Part shown: in pieces, positions 51,631-60,259 of the stretch
Layout of the letters: every line of letters begins with the position of its first letter
How positions within the stretch are numbered: the stretch's first letter is position 1
The notes under the pieces: generated by a model
Told to the model about the DNA's origin: nothing
The model's input: the letters and a program-made list of their open reading frames with translations, nothing else
The model's database searches: none
Program-made: the position numbers and the translations under genes
Source: an uncultured Alphaproteobacteria bacterium
GTDB lineage: Bacteria; Pseudomonadota; Alphaproteobacteria; HIMB59; GCA-002718135
NCBI GenBank assembly: GCA_902596065.1
Contig: CACJSL010000003.1
Span: 1,087-65,086 of the forward strand
Length of the DNA stretch: 64,000 nucleotides
Direction of reading: 5' to 3'

Positions 51631-52656
51631 TTAAGCAGGAATATCGCGAGGGGTAGTGTAACTTGGATCATAGGCCTGCCTATGTATAGTAGGAATAATC
51701 TCTTTATATGCTCCGATCAGCCCTTTGCTAGGAGGTGGCATTTGGCTTTTAAGTTTTTCATGTAATTTCGGTAAATTGTACCACGGTACCATTGGAAACA
51801 TATGATGCTCAATGTGATATTCTAATTTTACATATAACCAACTCAAAATCGGATTTAAAATAACGGTTCTAGTATTAATTCTATGATCTTTAACATCAAA
51901 TTTCAAACCTGCATGTTGAGTTAAACCACAAAGATAGAATAATGTTTGACCATAAAACATAGGTGCACAAATCATTAAAAATGGTAACCAAGAATTAATA
52001 GCAAATGACCAAACAATTACAGCTAACCATATAAGCATATGAATTCTTGAACTTAAAAAAACTTTCCAGTGGTGCTCTTTTGGAACACACTGCTCAATAG
52101 CAGGAACAGCTTTTCCAAATGCACAAAGTAATGTGTCTTTTAAATATGATTGATGTATCCATAGCAATGGACCAAAAGGAACAAAAAACATATAATACTT
52201 AAACAGTAAACTCGGTCTATCAACTTGAATCTCAAAATCCTGAGGTTCATTAGTATGCAATGTATAACTATGATGTAAAGTATGAGACCATCTCCATCTA
52301 ACAGGTTCAAAATCTGTCATAAATGAAAAAATATATTGAAATACATCATTCAACCATCGTTGTTTGAATAATGTTCGGTGTCTACTTTCGTGGTCATAAG
52401 CGCCACTAAATGCATAAATTGTAGCATAAATCCAAATACATAGAATGCCCCACCAAGTTCCCCATGTTGTTATGGTAAGATAAGCAAAAAAGAAAAGGGC
52501 TATAAAATACATGCCTGTATAATAGATACCGGGCCAAGATCTTTTAACACATAAATCTTTTAACTCTTTTTTATCTATTTTCGGCCTAAACCAAACGTTT
52601 GATCCCAATTTTTCATCAAGATCAGCATTAATGTTTACATCTCTAACTACGCCCAT
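51631..52656 (-). CDS. MocD-like membrane di-iron oxygenase #6
   Basis: HESRH, WSHTLHH, YHIEHH. Confidence 0.85.
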   Translation of the reverse strand: MGVVRDVNINADLDEKLGSNVWFRPKIDKKELKDLCVKRSWPGIYYTGMYFIALFFFAYLTITTWGTWWGILCIWIYATIYAFSGAYDHESRHRTLFKQRWLNDVFQYIFSFMTDFEPVRWRWSHTLHHSYTLHTNEPQDFEIQVDRPSLLFKYYMFFVPFGPLLWIHQSYLKDTLLCAFGKAVPAIEQCVPKEHHWKVFLSSRIHMLIWLAVIVWSFAINSWLPFLMICAPMFYGQTLFYLCGLTQHAGLKFDVKDHRINTRTVILNPILSWLYVKLEYHIEHHMFPMVPWYNLPKLHEKLKSQMPPPSKGLIGAYKEIIPTIHRQAYDPSYTTPRDIPA

Positions 52657-52834
52657 AATTTATATATGATGAATATAATACACAAAAAAATATTTCAATA
52701 GCAATTATCAATAGATATATTTCATTATTAATTATGCTTATAGATATTATATATAATCCTTAGGTATACTTTTAAATATACAAAAAAATCTTTTTGTCAT
52801 AGTTTCCATGCAGATTTATTAAATGGAGGATTTA

Positions 52835-53833
52835 ATGAAAATTTTTAAAACAATATTGTGTGCAATCACAATTACTTTTTTTATGTCACCCGCAAATGCT
52901 GCTAAATATGAATTTAGTATAGTTTCAGTGAGTGACACCAGTAATACATTTTGGCAAGGCATTCAAAAAGGCATGGATGCTGCTTGTGAAATGATTAATT
53001 CTTGGGGACAAGACGAAGTAGACTGTATTTTAGTTTACAATCAAGAAAATGGTAACGTTCCTATGGAGCTAGAAACTGTTGAAACAATTGTTAGACAAGG
53101 AACTGATGGTTTGGCTGTTCACATAGTTAATGATGACATGTTTGATGACATCATGGCTGAGTGTATAGAAGGAGGTCAGATTTGTTTAGCAACTAACGTT
53201 GATGATAGTGAAGGAGCTGCAGGTAATGCTCGTCTTTCAATGACTGGTCAGGATTTATATCGAGCAGGCTATGAGCTTGTAAAAGGCTTGGCTCCTCAAT
53301 TCCCTGATGGCCCTGTACATGTTTTATTTGGTTTATCAGCTCCAGGACAAAGCTGGGCTGAAGCGAGAATAAATGGTGGTATCAAATATATGGAAGAGTA
53401 CAAAGCTGCAAATCCTGATAGAGAAGTTACCTGGGATAAAATTGATTCAGGAATGGACACTAGTTTAACAGGACAAAGAGTATGTTCCTATATCCAAGGT
53501 GCTCCTGAAACAACTGCTTACTTTGATGCAGGTTTCTGGGGAGCAGGTGCTGGAACTTGTCTTCGTGATTTAGGTTATGAACCTGGTCAATTACTGATGG
53601 GAATGTTTGATATTGTTGAAATCGTATTAGATGAAATGAGACAAGGATACGTTCATTTAACTGTAGACCAACAACCTTTTTATCAAGGTTTCTTACCTAT
53701 TCTTCAAATGTATTTCATGAACAAGTACGGACTTAGTGCTTTTGATGTAAACACTGGAAAGGCTTTATTATATCCTGCGGATATTATGGATCCAGAATTC
53801 CAAAAATTTGTTGAAAAAGGTGTAAGATACTAA
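52835..53833 (+). CDS. Sugar ABC transporter substrate-binding protein (system 3)
   Basis: GGAGG RBS, signal peptide ending ANA, FW...KG, TVDQQPFYQGF. Confidence 0.92.
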   Translation: MKIFKTILCAITITFFMSPANAAKYEFSIVSVSDTSNTFWQGIQKGMDAACEMINSWGQDEVDCILVYNQENGNVPMELETVETIVRQGTDGLAVHIVNDDMFDDIMAECIEGGQICLATNVDDSEGAAGNARLSMTGQDLYRAGYELVKGLAPQFPDGPVHVLFGLSAPGQSWAEARINGGIKYMEEYKAANPDREVTWDKIDSGMDTSLTGQRVCSYIQGAPETTAYFDAGFWGAGAGTCLRDLGYEPGQLLMGMFDIVEIVLDEMRQGYVHLTVDQQPFYQGFLPILQMYFMNKYGLSAFDVNTGKALLYPADIMDPEFQKFVEKGVRY

Positions 53834-53844
53834 AATATTGATTT

Positions 53845-53873
53845 TATAGTGGCCTAAATATTAGGCCACTATA
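53845..53873. terminator. Stem-loop between SBP and permease (system 3)
   Basis: TATAGTGGCCTAA-ATA-TTAGGCCACTATA: perfect 13-bp inverted repeat. Confidence 0.75.
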
Positions 53874-53898
53874 CAAATTCACTTTATTTAATCTAATT

Positions 53899-54879
53899 AT
53901 GAAAAACCAAATAAAATCTTTATTATCAAGACCTGAAATAAGTGCACTGGTAATTACTATTTTTTTAATAATAGTTTGTACTTTTCTTAGTGATCGTTTT
54001 TTAAATACAAGAAACTTTATGGTTATCTTAGCAGCCTATCCTGAGTACGCTCTGGTTGCTCTTGGCGTTACTATATTAATGATATCTGGAGAGTTTGATT
54101 TATCAGTTGGTTCAGTATTTGCTGTTGCACCAATTGTTACAGTTATTTTAGTTAATGATGGATATAATCAATATTGGGCTGTCACCCTTGGTTTGCTATC
54201 TGCAGCTTCTCTTGGTTTAGTAAATGCCATAGTTACATTATTTTTTAAAATACCATCGTTCATAACAACATTAGGGATGTTATTTATGGCACGAAGTATT
54301 GCTATTGGTATCTGTGGAGGTTTTCCTCCATCTTTTCCTAAAGGTTGGGAAACTGACTGGTTAGTTGGAAGAATAGATATGATAAGAATGTCTTTGTTTT
54401 GGCTGATAGGGATAACTTTGGTTTTGCATTTTATTTTAAAAAAGACAAACTTTGGTAGTTGGATTTTTGCTACTGGAGAAAATAGACAAGCAGCAAATGA
54501 TCTTGGAATTAATACATTAGCTGTCAAAACTACCTGTTTTGTTTTATGTTCAACGCTTGCTGGCTTTGCAGGCATTATTCAATCTTTAAGAATTAAAACT
54601 GCCATTACAAGTCTTGGAATAGGTTTGGAATTACAAGCTATTTCAGCAGCAGTTGTTGGTGGCGCCTCTTTATTTGGAGGAATTGGATCAGCTTTTGGCG
54701 CTCTTGTTGGAACTTTCTTACTTGCATTAATTGACAATATCTTAATCTTAACAAGAGTAGATGGAAACTGGTTTAAGTTTGGTCTAGGTGCAATGATTAT
54801 AATAGCTGTTATACTTAACACTTACACAAAAAAGAAGGCTGATAATATTAGGCTAAAGGAAGATGATGACAACGAATAA
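53899..54879 (+). CDS. Sugar ABC transporter permease (system 3)
   Basis: GEFDLSVGS, IPSFITTLG, ATGEN, LQAISAAVVGG. Confidence 0.93.
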   Translation: MKNQIKSLLSRPEISALVITIFLIIVCTFLSDRFLNTRNFMVILAAYPEYALVALGVTILMISGEFDLSVGSVFAVAPIVTVILVNDGYNQYWAVTLGLLSAASLGLVNAIVTLFFKIPSFITTLGMLFMARSIAIGICGGFPPSFPKGWETDWLVGRIDMIRMSLFWLIGITLVLHFILKKTNFGSWIFATGENRQAANDLGINTLAVKTTCFVLCSTLAGFAGIIQSLRIKTAITSLGIGLELQAISAAVVGGASLFGGIGSAFGALVGTFLLALIDNILILTRVDGNWFKFGLGAMIIIAVILNTYTKKKADNIRLKEDDDNE

Positions 54880-55615
54880 TCAAAATATTGAACTGTTAAA
54901 ATGTGAAGGTATTAATAAATGGTACGGCAATCTTCATGCTTTAAAAGATGTTAATATGAGTATTAATAAAGGTGAGGTTATTGGTCTTATCGGAGATAAT
55001 GGAGCAGGAAAATCAACATTAATTAAAATAATATGTGGGGTACATAAACTCGATAAAGGCTCTGTTCACTTTGAAGGCAATCAAGTCAGCATAGATAATC
55101 CTAAAGCTGCAATGAAATTAGGAATTGAAACTATTCATCAATATTCAACAATGTTTCAAGAAATGTCAATTGCAAGAAATGTGTTTATTGGAAGAGAGCC
55201 AAAAAAATTTGGTTTAAATTTTTTGGGTCTTTTAGATGAAAAAACAATGGATCATGAATCTATGAAAGCTATTAAAGATGTTGGTTTAGATTTAAGATCA
55301 CCACATATACCTGTAAAAGAATTATCTGGTGGTGAACGTCAGGGTGTTGCAATAGCTAGATCAATGTTCTTTAAATCTAAAATGTTAATTTTGGATGAAC
55401 CAACTAATCATTTATCAGTAAAAGAAACTCTAAAAGTGCTTGAATATATTCAAAGTTTAAAAAATTTAGGTATTGGAAGTATTTTTATTAGTCATAATCT
55501 TTATCATGTTCATGAAGTCTCAGATAGAATAGTTGGAATGGCAAGAGGAGAAAAAGTTTGTGACATGAATAAAGATGAAACTACAGTAAATGATTTAATT
55601 AAATTAATAGGATAA
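54863..55615 (+). CDS. Sugar ABC transporter ATP-binding protein (system 3)
   Basis: GDNGAGKST, LSGGERQ, ILDEPT. Confidence 0.93.
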   Translation: MMTTNNQNIELLKCEGINKWYGNLHALKDVNMSINKGEVIGLIGDNGAGKSTLIKIICGVHKLDKGSVHFEGNQVSIDNPKAAMKLGIETIHQYSTMFQEMSIARNVFIGREPKKFGLNFLGLLDEKTMDHESMKAIKDVGLDLRSPHIPVKELSGGERQGVAIARSMFFKSKMLILDEPTNHLSVKETLKVLEYIQSLKNLGIGSIFISHNLYHVHEVSDRIVGMARGEKVCDMNKDETTVNDLIKLIG

Positions 55616-55617
55616 CA

Positions 55618-56445
55618 ATGACTAAAAAGAAGCTTACTGTATATGATTTATTGCAGCTTAAAGGAAAAAGACAAATACATGAAGTGTATGTAAATAATGT
55701 TGAAGAAGCTATTGCTGCTGAAGAAGCAGGTATGGATATGATAGTAACTGCTTATGGTATGCCTTGGCATGGTATTCATGCAACTTTTGAAAATGTTCAA
55801 AGAATTAGAGATGCCGCTCCTAATACTCATTTAATGGGCGCTGCTCCTGAAGGTTCATTTGTAAACTCTGCAGAAGCTACAAGAAAAGCTTATGATTTAA
55901 TGCGTAGTGGATGTGATTCATTTTATACTAATAATAGCAGTGATTTAATCAAAGATTTAAGAAAAGAAAACGTTCCCGTTGTTTCTCATGTTGGATTAGT
56001 TCCTGGCAATAGAAATTGGACAGGAGGATTTAGAGCAATTGGTAAAACTGCAGATGAGGCACTTGGTGTTGTTCGTCACGCAATGGAATTAGATGATGCA
56101 GGAGCTATCGGACTTGAAGTAGAAGTTATACCACCAAAAGTTGCTGAAATAGTTACAAAAAAAGTTAAATTATTAACTATTTCAATGGGGAGTGGCTCTA
56201 CTTGCGATGGACAATATTTATTTTCACAAGATGTATTAGGTTACACAGAAGGACATATGCCAAGACATGCAAGAGTGTATAGAAATTTTAAAGAAGAATT
56301 TTCTAAATTGCATAAACAAAGAGTAGAGGCTTATAAAGAATATATAAAAGATGTAGAAAATAAAAAATTTGATGATCCAAAAATTACTGTTGGAATTGAG
56401 GATCGAGAATATGATAAATTTTTAAATTTAGTTGAAAAAATTTAA
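55618..56445 (+). CDS. Divergent PanB-fold protein #2
   Basis: SHVGLVP, EVEVIP, MGSG..CDGQ, DVLG; GDS motif absent; clear paralogue of 31049-31876. Confidence 0.8.
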   Translation: MTKKKLTVYDLLQLKGKRQIHEVYVNNVEEAIAAEEAGMDMIVTAYGMPWHGIHATFENVQRIRDAAPNTHLMGAAPEGSFVNSAEATRKAYDLMRSGCDSFYTNNSSDLIKDLRKENVPVVSHVGLVPGNRNWTGGFRAIGKTADEALGVVRHAMELDDAGAIGLEVEVIPPKVAEIVTKKVKLLTISMGSGSTCDGQYLFSQDVLGYTEGHMPRHARVYRNFKEEFSKLHKQRVEAYKEYIKDVENKKFDDPKITVGIEDREYDKFLNLVEKI

Positions 56446-56457
56446 GTAGGTTCTTTT

Positions 56458-57699
56458 TTGGAAAATAATATTAACTACAATATAATTATATTGGGTGGTG
56501 GACAAGTTGCAGCACATGCTGCTACTACTATAAGACAAGAAGATGAGTCTTCTAGTTTGGCAATTATAACTAATGAAAACTATTTGCCTTACGAAAGGCC
56601 CCCTTTATCAAAATCTTTTCTTTTAAATAAAGTAAAGGAGAGTGATTTTTTATTTTACAATGAAGATCACTATAAAAAATTAAACATTGATATTTTAAAA
56701 AATGAAGAGGTAATAAATATTGATTTTGAAAAAAAATTACTTGAATCAAAAAACAAAAAAATTACTTATACAAAACTATTAATTGCCACAGGATGCAAAA
56801 ATAGAACTCTTGATCTAGAAAATGTAAATTCAGATGATGTATATTATTTAAGAGATATCAATGAGAGCATTCAAATAAAAAATAAATTAGATTTAGCTAA
56901 AAATATATTGATTATTGGTGGTGGTTTTATTGGTTTAGAAATTGCTTCATCAGCTAATCAACTTGGCAAAAATGTAGATGTGATTGAATTAGCAGATAGT
57001 TTGATGGGAAGGATTGTTCCTAAAGAAATTGCAACTATTGTTAAGAATAAACATCAAAAAAATGGTGTTAATGTTCACTTAAATACAGAAATTATTTCTA
57101 TAACAAAAATTGACGACGGATATGAAATTAACCTCAGTGATAACTCGGTTGTAAAATGTGATATGATTATTGTAGGAATAGGTGCCATGCCTAGCGTAGA
57201 CATATTTAAAGATTCACCATTAAAAATAGATAATGGTATACTCACAGATCAAAATAATAAGACGTCAATTGAGAATGTTTTTGCTGCTGGTGATGTTGCT
57301 AATTTTTTTCATCCCCTGTACGAAGAAAATATTAGATTAGAATCATGGAAACATGCTCAAAATCATGGTGTTGCAGCTGGTAAAAATATTACTGGAATTA
57401 AAACAGAATATAAGGAAATTCCTTGGATGTGGTCTGATCAATATGATCTTAACTTGCAATTAACCGGCAGGTGCGACCAATATGATTCATTCATCAAAAG
57501 AGGAAAAGATGAAAATGAAGGAATCATTTATTTTTTTATAAAAAATAATAAAATTGTTGGTGCTTGCGGATTAGGTATAGGAGGTAAAATAGGAAAAGAT
57601 ATTAGATTGGCGGGAATGTTGTCAGAAAGGAAAGTCGAAATTGAAGAAGATTTCTTATCAGATCCCTCTTCAAAATTAAATAAGCTGCTAAAGAAATAA
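56458..57699 (+). CDS. mocF: NAD(P)H-ferredoxin reductase (MocF-like)
   Basis: PYERPPLSK, ATG, GGGFIGLE, AAGDVA, RLESW, PWMWSDQY; adjacent to the Rieske ferredoxin. Confidence 0.85.
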   Translation: MENNINYNIIILGGGQVAAHAATTIRQEDESSSLAIITNENYLPYERPPLSKSFLLNKVKESDFLFYNEDHYKKLNIDILKNEEVINIDFEKKLLESKNKKITYTKLLIATGCKNRTLDLENVNSDDVYYLRDINESIQIKNKLDLAKNILIIGGGFIGLEIASSANQLGKNVDVIELADSLMGRIVPKEIATIVKNKHQKNGVNVHLNTEIISITKIDDGYEINLSDNSVVKCDMIIVGIGAMPSVDIFKDSPLKIDNGILTDQNNKTSIENVFAAGDVANFFHPLYEENIRLESWKHAQNHGVAAGKNITGIKTEYKEIPWMWSDQYDLNLQLTGRCDQYDSFIKRGKDENEGIIYFFIKNNKIVGACGLGIGGKIGKDIRLAGMLSERKVEIEEDFLSDPSSKLNKLLKK

Positions 57700-57774
57700 T
57701 TAAAAATTAAACTAGTTATTTATTTAATTTTATATTATTGAAATTTGTCTTTTTAAAATTAAATACATACAAAT

Positions 57775-58095
57775 ATGAATAGTGAAAACAAACAATGGAT
57801 TGAGGTAGGTACTACTGACCAAATAGACATGGAAGATTTAATTCGTTTTGACCATGAAGGTAAGACATATGCTATTTACCACATAGAAGATGGTTTTTAC
57901 GCTACCGATGGTATTTGTACACATGAAGCAGTACATCTAGAAGAAGGGATAGTAATGGACGATGAAATTGAATGTCCAATGCATCAAGGAATATTTAATA
58001 TTAAAACTGGAAAAGCTATGGGACCACCAGTTTGTATAGATCTAAAAACTTATCAAGTTAAAGTTGAAGAAAATAAAATTTATATTGAAATTTAA
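57775..58095 (+). CDS. mocE: MocE-type Rieske [2Fe-2S] ferredoxin
   Basis: RFDHEGKTYAIY, ATDGICTHE, ECPMHQG, PPVC.DLKTY, as I recall the MocE family pattern. Confidence 0.87.
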   Translation: MNSENKQWIEVGTTDQIDMEDLIRFDHEGKTYAIYHIEDGFYATDGICTHEAVHLEEGIVMDDEIECPMHQGIFNIKTGKAMGPPVCIDLKTYQVKVEENKIYIEI

Positions 58096-59102
58096 TTAAA
58101 TTCGTTACCAAGATTATAAGTATCTAATCTTTTCTGCATTTTTTTATCGGCTTCAAGTGATCCATCATGAAAAGATCCAAATATTTTATCTAAAGGAATA
58201 ATGCCATCTGAATAATTAACTTCAAAATATTTATGATGCAAATAATGATTATAAATACCAATATCTACTGCTGAGTCTTTTCCTGTAACAATTTTATCAA
58301 AACCTGTATGACCTTGAGAAGGAGCTACACCTAGACGAATAGCAATAAACATCATATGCATAGGATGAGAAGGTATAAGCGCAAAAATCCATATACCAGC
58401 AAAATAAATCATATGTTCAACTGGATGCATCGCAATGCCACTCCATGGTTCTGGATTAGTGTATCTATGATGTAAATAATGAACCCATTTATATAAAAAT
58501 TTTACATGTGTAAGTCTGTGTGCGAAGTAAAAATGAATTTCATGAATTACAGGTGTTAAGAACATTAAAACAACAAACCATATTGGGTGCATTGAAGCAT
58601 CAATCCATGGAATTTTTCCACTAGAATAAAGCCAAAGCATTAATGTTTCATATAATGTCCAAATAGGAACTCCGCTTGCAAAAGTCCAAAAAATGCTATC
58701 CAATGTTTGACTTTTGAACATAAAAATAGAACTTTTATTATCTTGCGGCCATCTTTTATTATATTTAAACTCAGTACTTTGAGTTTTTTTCATATACAAA
58801 AAGAAATACCATGCACTTACTATGATGATAGTTAACGCTACATTTCGAAGAAAGACTAATGCCATCCAGTCAATGGACAAAGTTGACATAGTTTCAATTG
58901 ATGGTGTTAAATAAAACCAAGCAATAACGGTAATAGCAACATATCCTGCATTCCATGGAAAAATAAAGCCAGGATAACCAAAAAGCCATTTTAGAAAAAC
59001 CCAAACCTTGAATGGCCAAACTAATACTGGGCCATAATTCAATTTTTTATTAGGTCTCCAAAAACCTCTTTTATCTCTATTTCCTAATGCTGATTCATCC
59101 AT
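58092..59102 (-). CDS. Sterol desaturase / fatty acid hydroxylase superfamily di-iron enzyme #3
   Basis: HFYFAHRLTH, HYLHH, PWSGIAMHP, HYLHH. Confidence 0.85.
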   Translation of the reverse strand: MDESALGNRDKRGFWRPNKKLNYGPVLVWPFKVWVFLKWLFGYPGFIFPWNAGYVAITVIAWFYLTPSIETMSTLSIDWMALVFLRNVALTIIIVSAWYFFLYMKKTQSTEFKYNKRWPQDNKSSIFMFKSQTLDSIFWTFASGVPIWTLYETLMLWLYSSGKIPWIDASMHPIWFVVLMFLTPVIHEIHFYFAHRLTHVKFLYKWVHYLHHRYTNPEPWSGIAMHPVEHMIYFAGIWIFALIPSHPMHMMFIAIRLGVAPSQGHTGFDKIVTGKDSAVDIGIYNHYLHHKYFEVNYSDGIIPLDKIFGSFHDGSLEADKKMQKRLDTYNLGNEFN

Positions 59103-59232
59103 AATTATTGAGATTTATTATAAATTTTTAAAAAAAAAATTATTAAATTTATAAATAAAAACTATATCTATTTTGTCAAAAAAATGAGATTTATAGGCTT
59201 TTATTGGGATTCTTATTAAATAGTTCAACTAA

Positions 59233-60216
59233 CTAAGCTGGAACTTTTACAGGAATTTTCCACTCTGGATCCCTTGCCTGTTTAAATACAGCAGGTAAAA
59301 TTTCTTTATACGCTCCCCACAAACCTTTTCTGGCTGGAGGCATTTGATCTTTAATCATTTCATGAAGTTTAGGTAAATTCCAAGATGGTACCTGTGGAAA
59401 CATATGATGTTCAATATGATATTCCATTTGCCAATATAAAAAACTAAAAATTGGATTAAGGTAAACTGTTCTAGTGCTGTGTCTGTGATCTTTAATATCT
59501 TCTTTTAATCCGGTGTGCTGGGTTAGGCCAAATAATAATATTAAAGTTTTTCCATATAAATTTGGAAGAACTATCAATAACATTGGTAACCAAGTTTGAT
59601 ATACTATTGATATAACTATAGTTACTACCCAAATAAAAACATGGCTTCTACATGACCATCGACATAATGATCTATCTTTTTCAGGAACAACAGTTTTCAT
59701 AACTTCAGTTGTAACACCAAAGGCATGTTTAATTGTTTCCCAATGAAGAGTTTTATGAAAAAATAAAAAATTAGCAAAAGGAATATAATAACAAAAGAAA
59801 TAAATTAAATCTGTTGGTTTTTTAACCGCAACTTCAAAATCATATGGATCATTAAAAAGAGTGTAAGAATGGTGATGAAAATGTGAATGCCTCCATCTAA
59901 CTGGTTCAAAATTATCCATATATCCAGCTATCCAATAAAAAAAATCATTCCAAAATTTAGATTTAAAAGCAGTTCTGTGCCCTGTCTCATGCCATAGAGC
60001 ATCACTGCAACCCCATATATTTCCATAAATTATAAAAAATAATAATGACCACCAAGTTCCCCATGTGGCATAAGCTAAATAGCCTGCAATAAATAAACTG
60101 CCAAAGTAGATAATCATATGCTTCCATCCTTGCCAATCAGATTTTTTACATAAAGCCTTAAATTCTTTCTTATCAACTACACAACGATACCAAGAGTTTA
60201 AAGCTTCTACTTCCAT
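59233..60216 (-). CDS. MocD-like membrane di-iron oxygenase #7
   Basis: HETGH, HSHFHHH, YHIEHH. Confidence 0.85.
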   Translation of the reverse strand: MEVEALNSWYRCVVDKKEFKALCKKSDWQGWKHMIIYFGSLFIAGYLAYATWGTWWSLLFFIIYGNIWGCSDALWHETGHRTAFKSKFWNDFFYWIAGYMDNFEPVRWRHSHFHHHSYTLFNDPYDFEVAVKKPTDLIYFFCYYIPFANFLFFHKTLHWETIKHAFGVTTEVMKTVVPEKDRSLCRWSCRSHVFIWVVTIVISIVYQTWLPMLLIVLPNLYGKTLILLFGLTQHTGLKEDIKDHRHSTRTVYLNPIFSFLYWQMEYHIEHHMFPQVPSWNLPKLHEMIKDQMPPARKGLWGAYKEILPAVFKQARDPEWKIPVKVPA

Positions 60217-60259
60217 AATGGATTACTTAGCACAAAACTTAAATAAGGAAAATATTTTT

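Noticed and set aside
31049..56445. Calling the two PanB-like genes true panB for pantothenate synthesis
   Set aside because: The GDS and other Mg/ketoacid ligands appear absent, there is no panC nearby, and two copies sit in a catabolic context.
37166..58095. Calling the region a rhizopine (moc) symbiosis locus
   Set aside because: MocA/C/D/E/F-like families are present, but no mocR regulator or symbiosis genes are, and the host looks like a free-living low-GC bacterium; the substrate cannot be fixed from sequence.
29904..60216. Reading the desaturase-family genes as a PUFA, sterol or carotenoid biosynthesis cluster
   Set aside because: No ACP, ketosynthase, acyltransferase, cyclase or crt genes are nearby; the neighbours are sugar importers, sugar catabolic enzymes and MocE/MocF.
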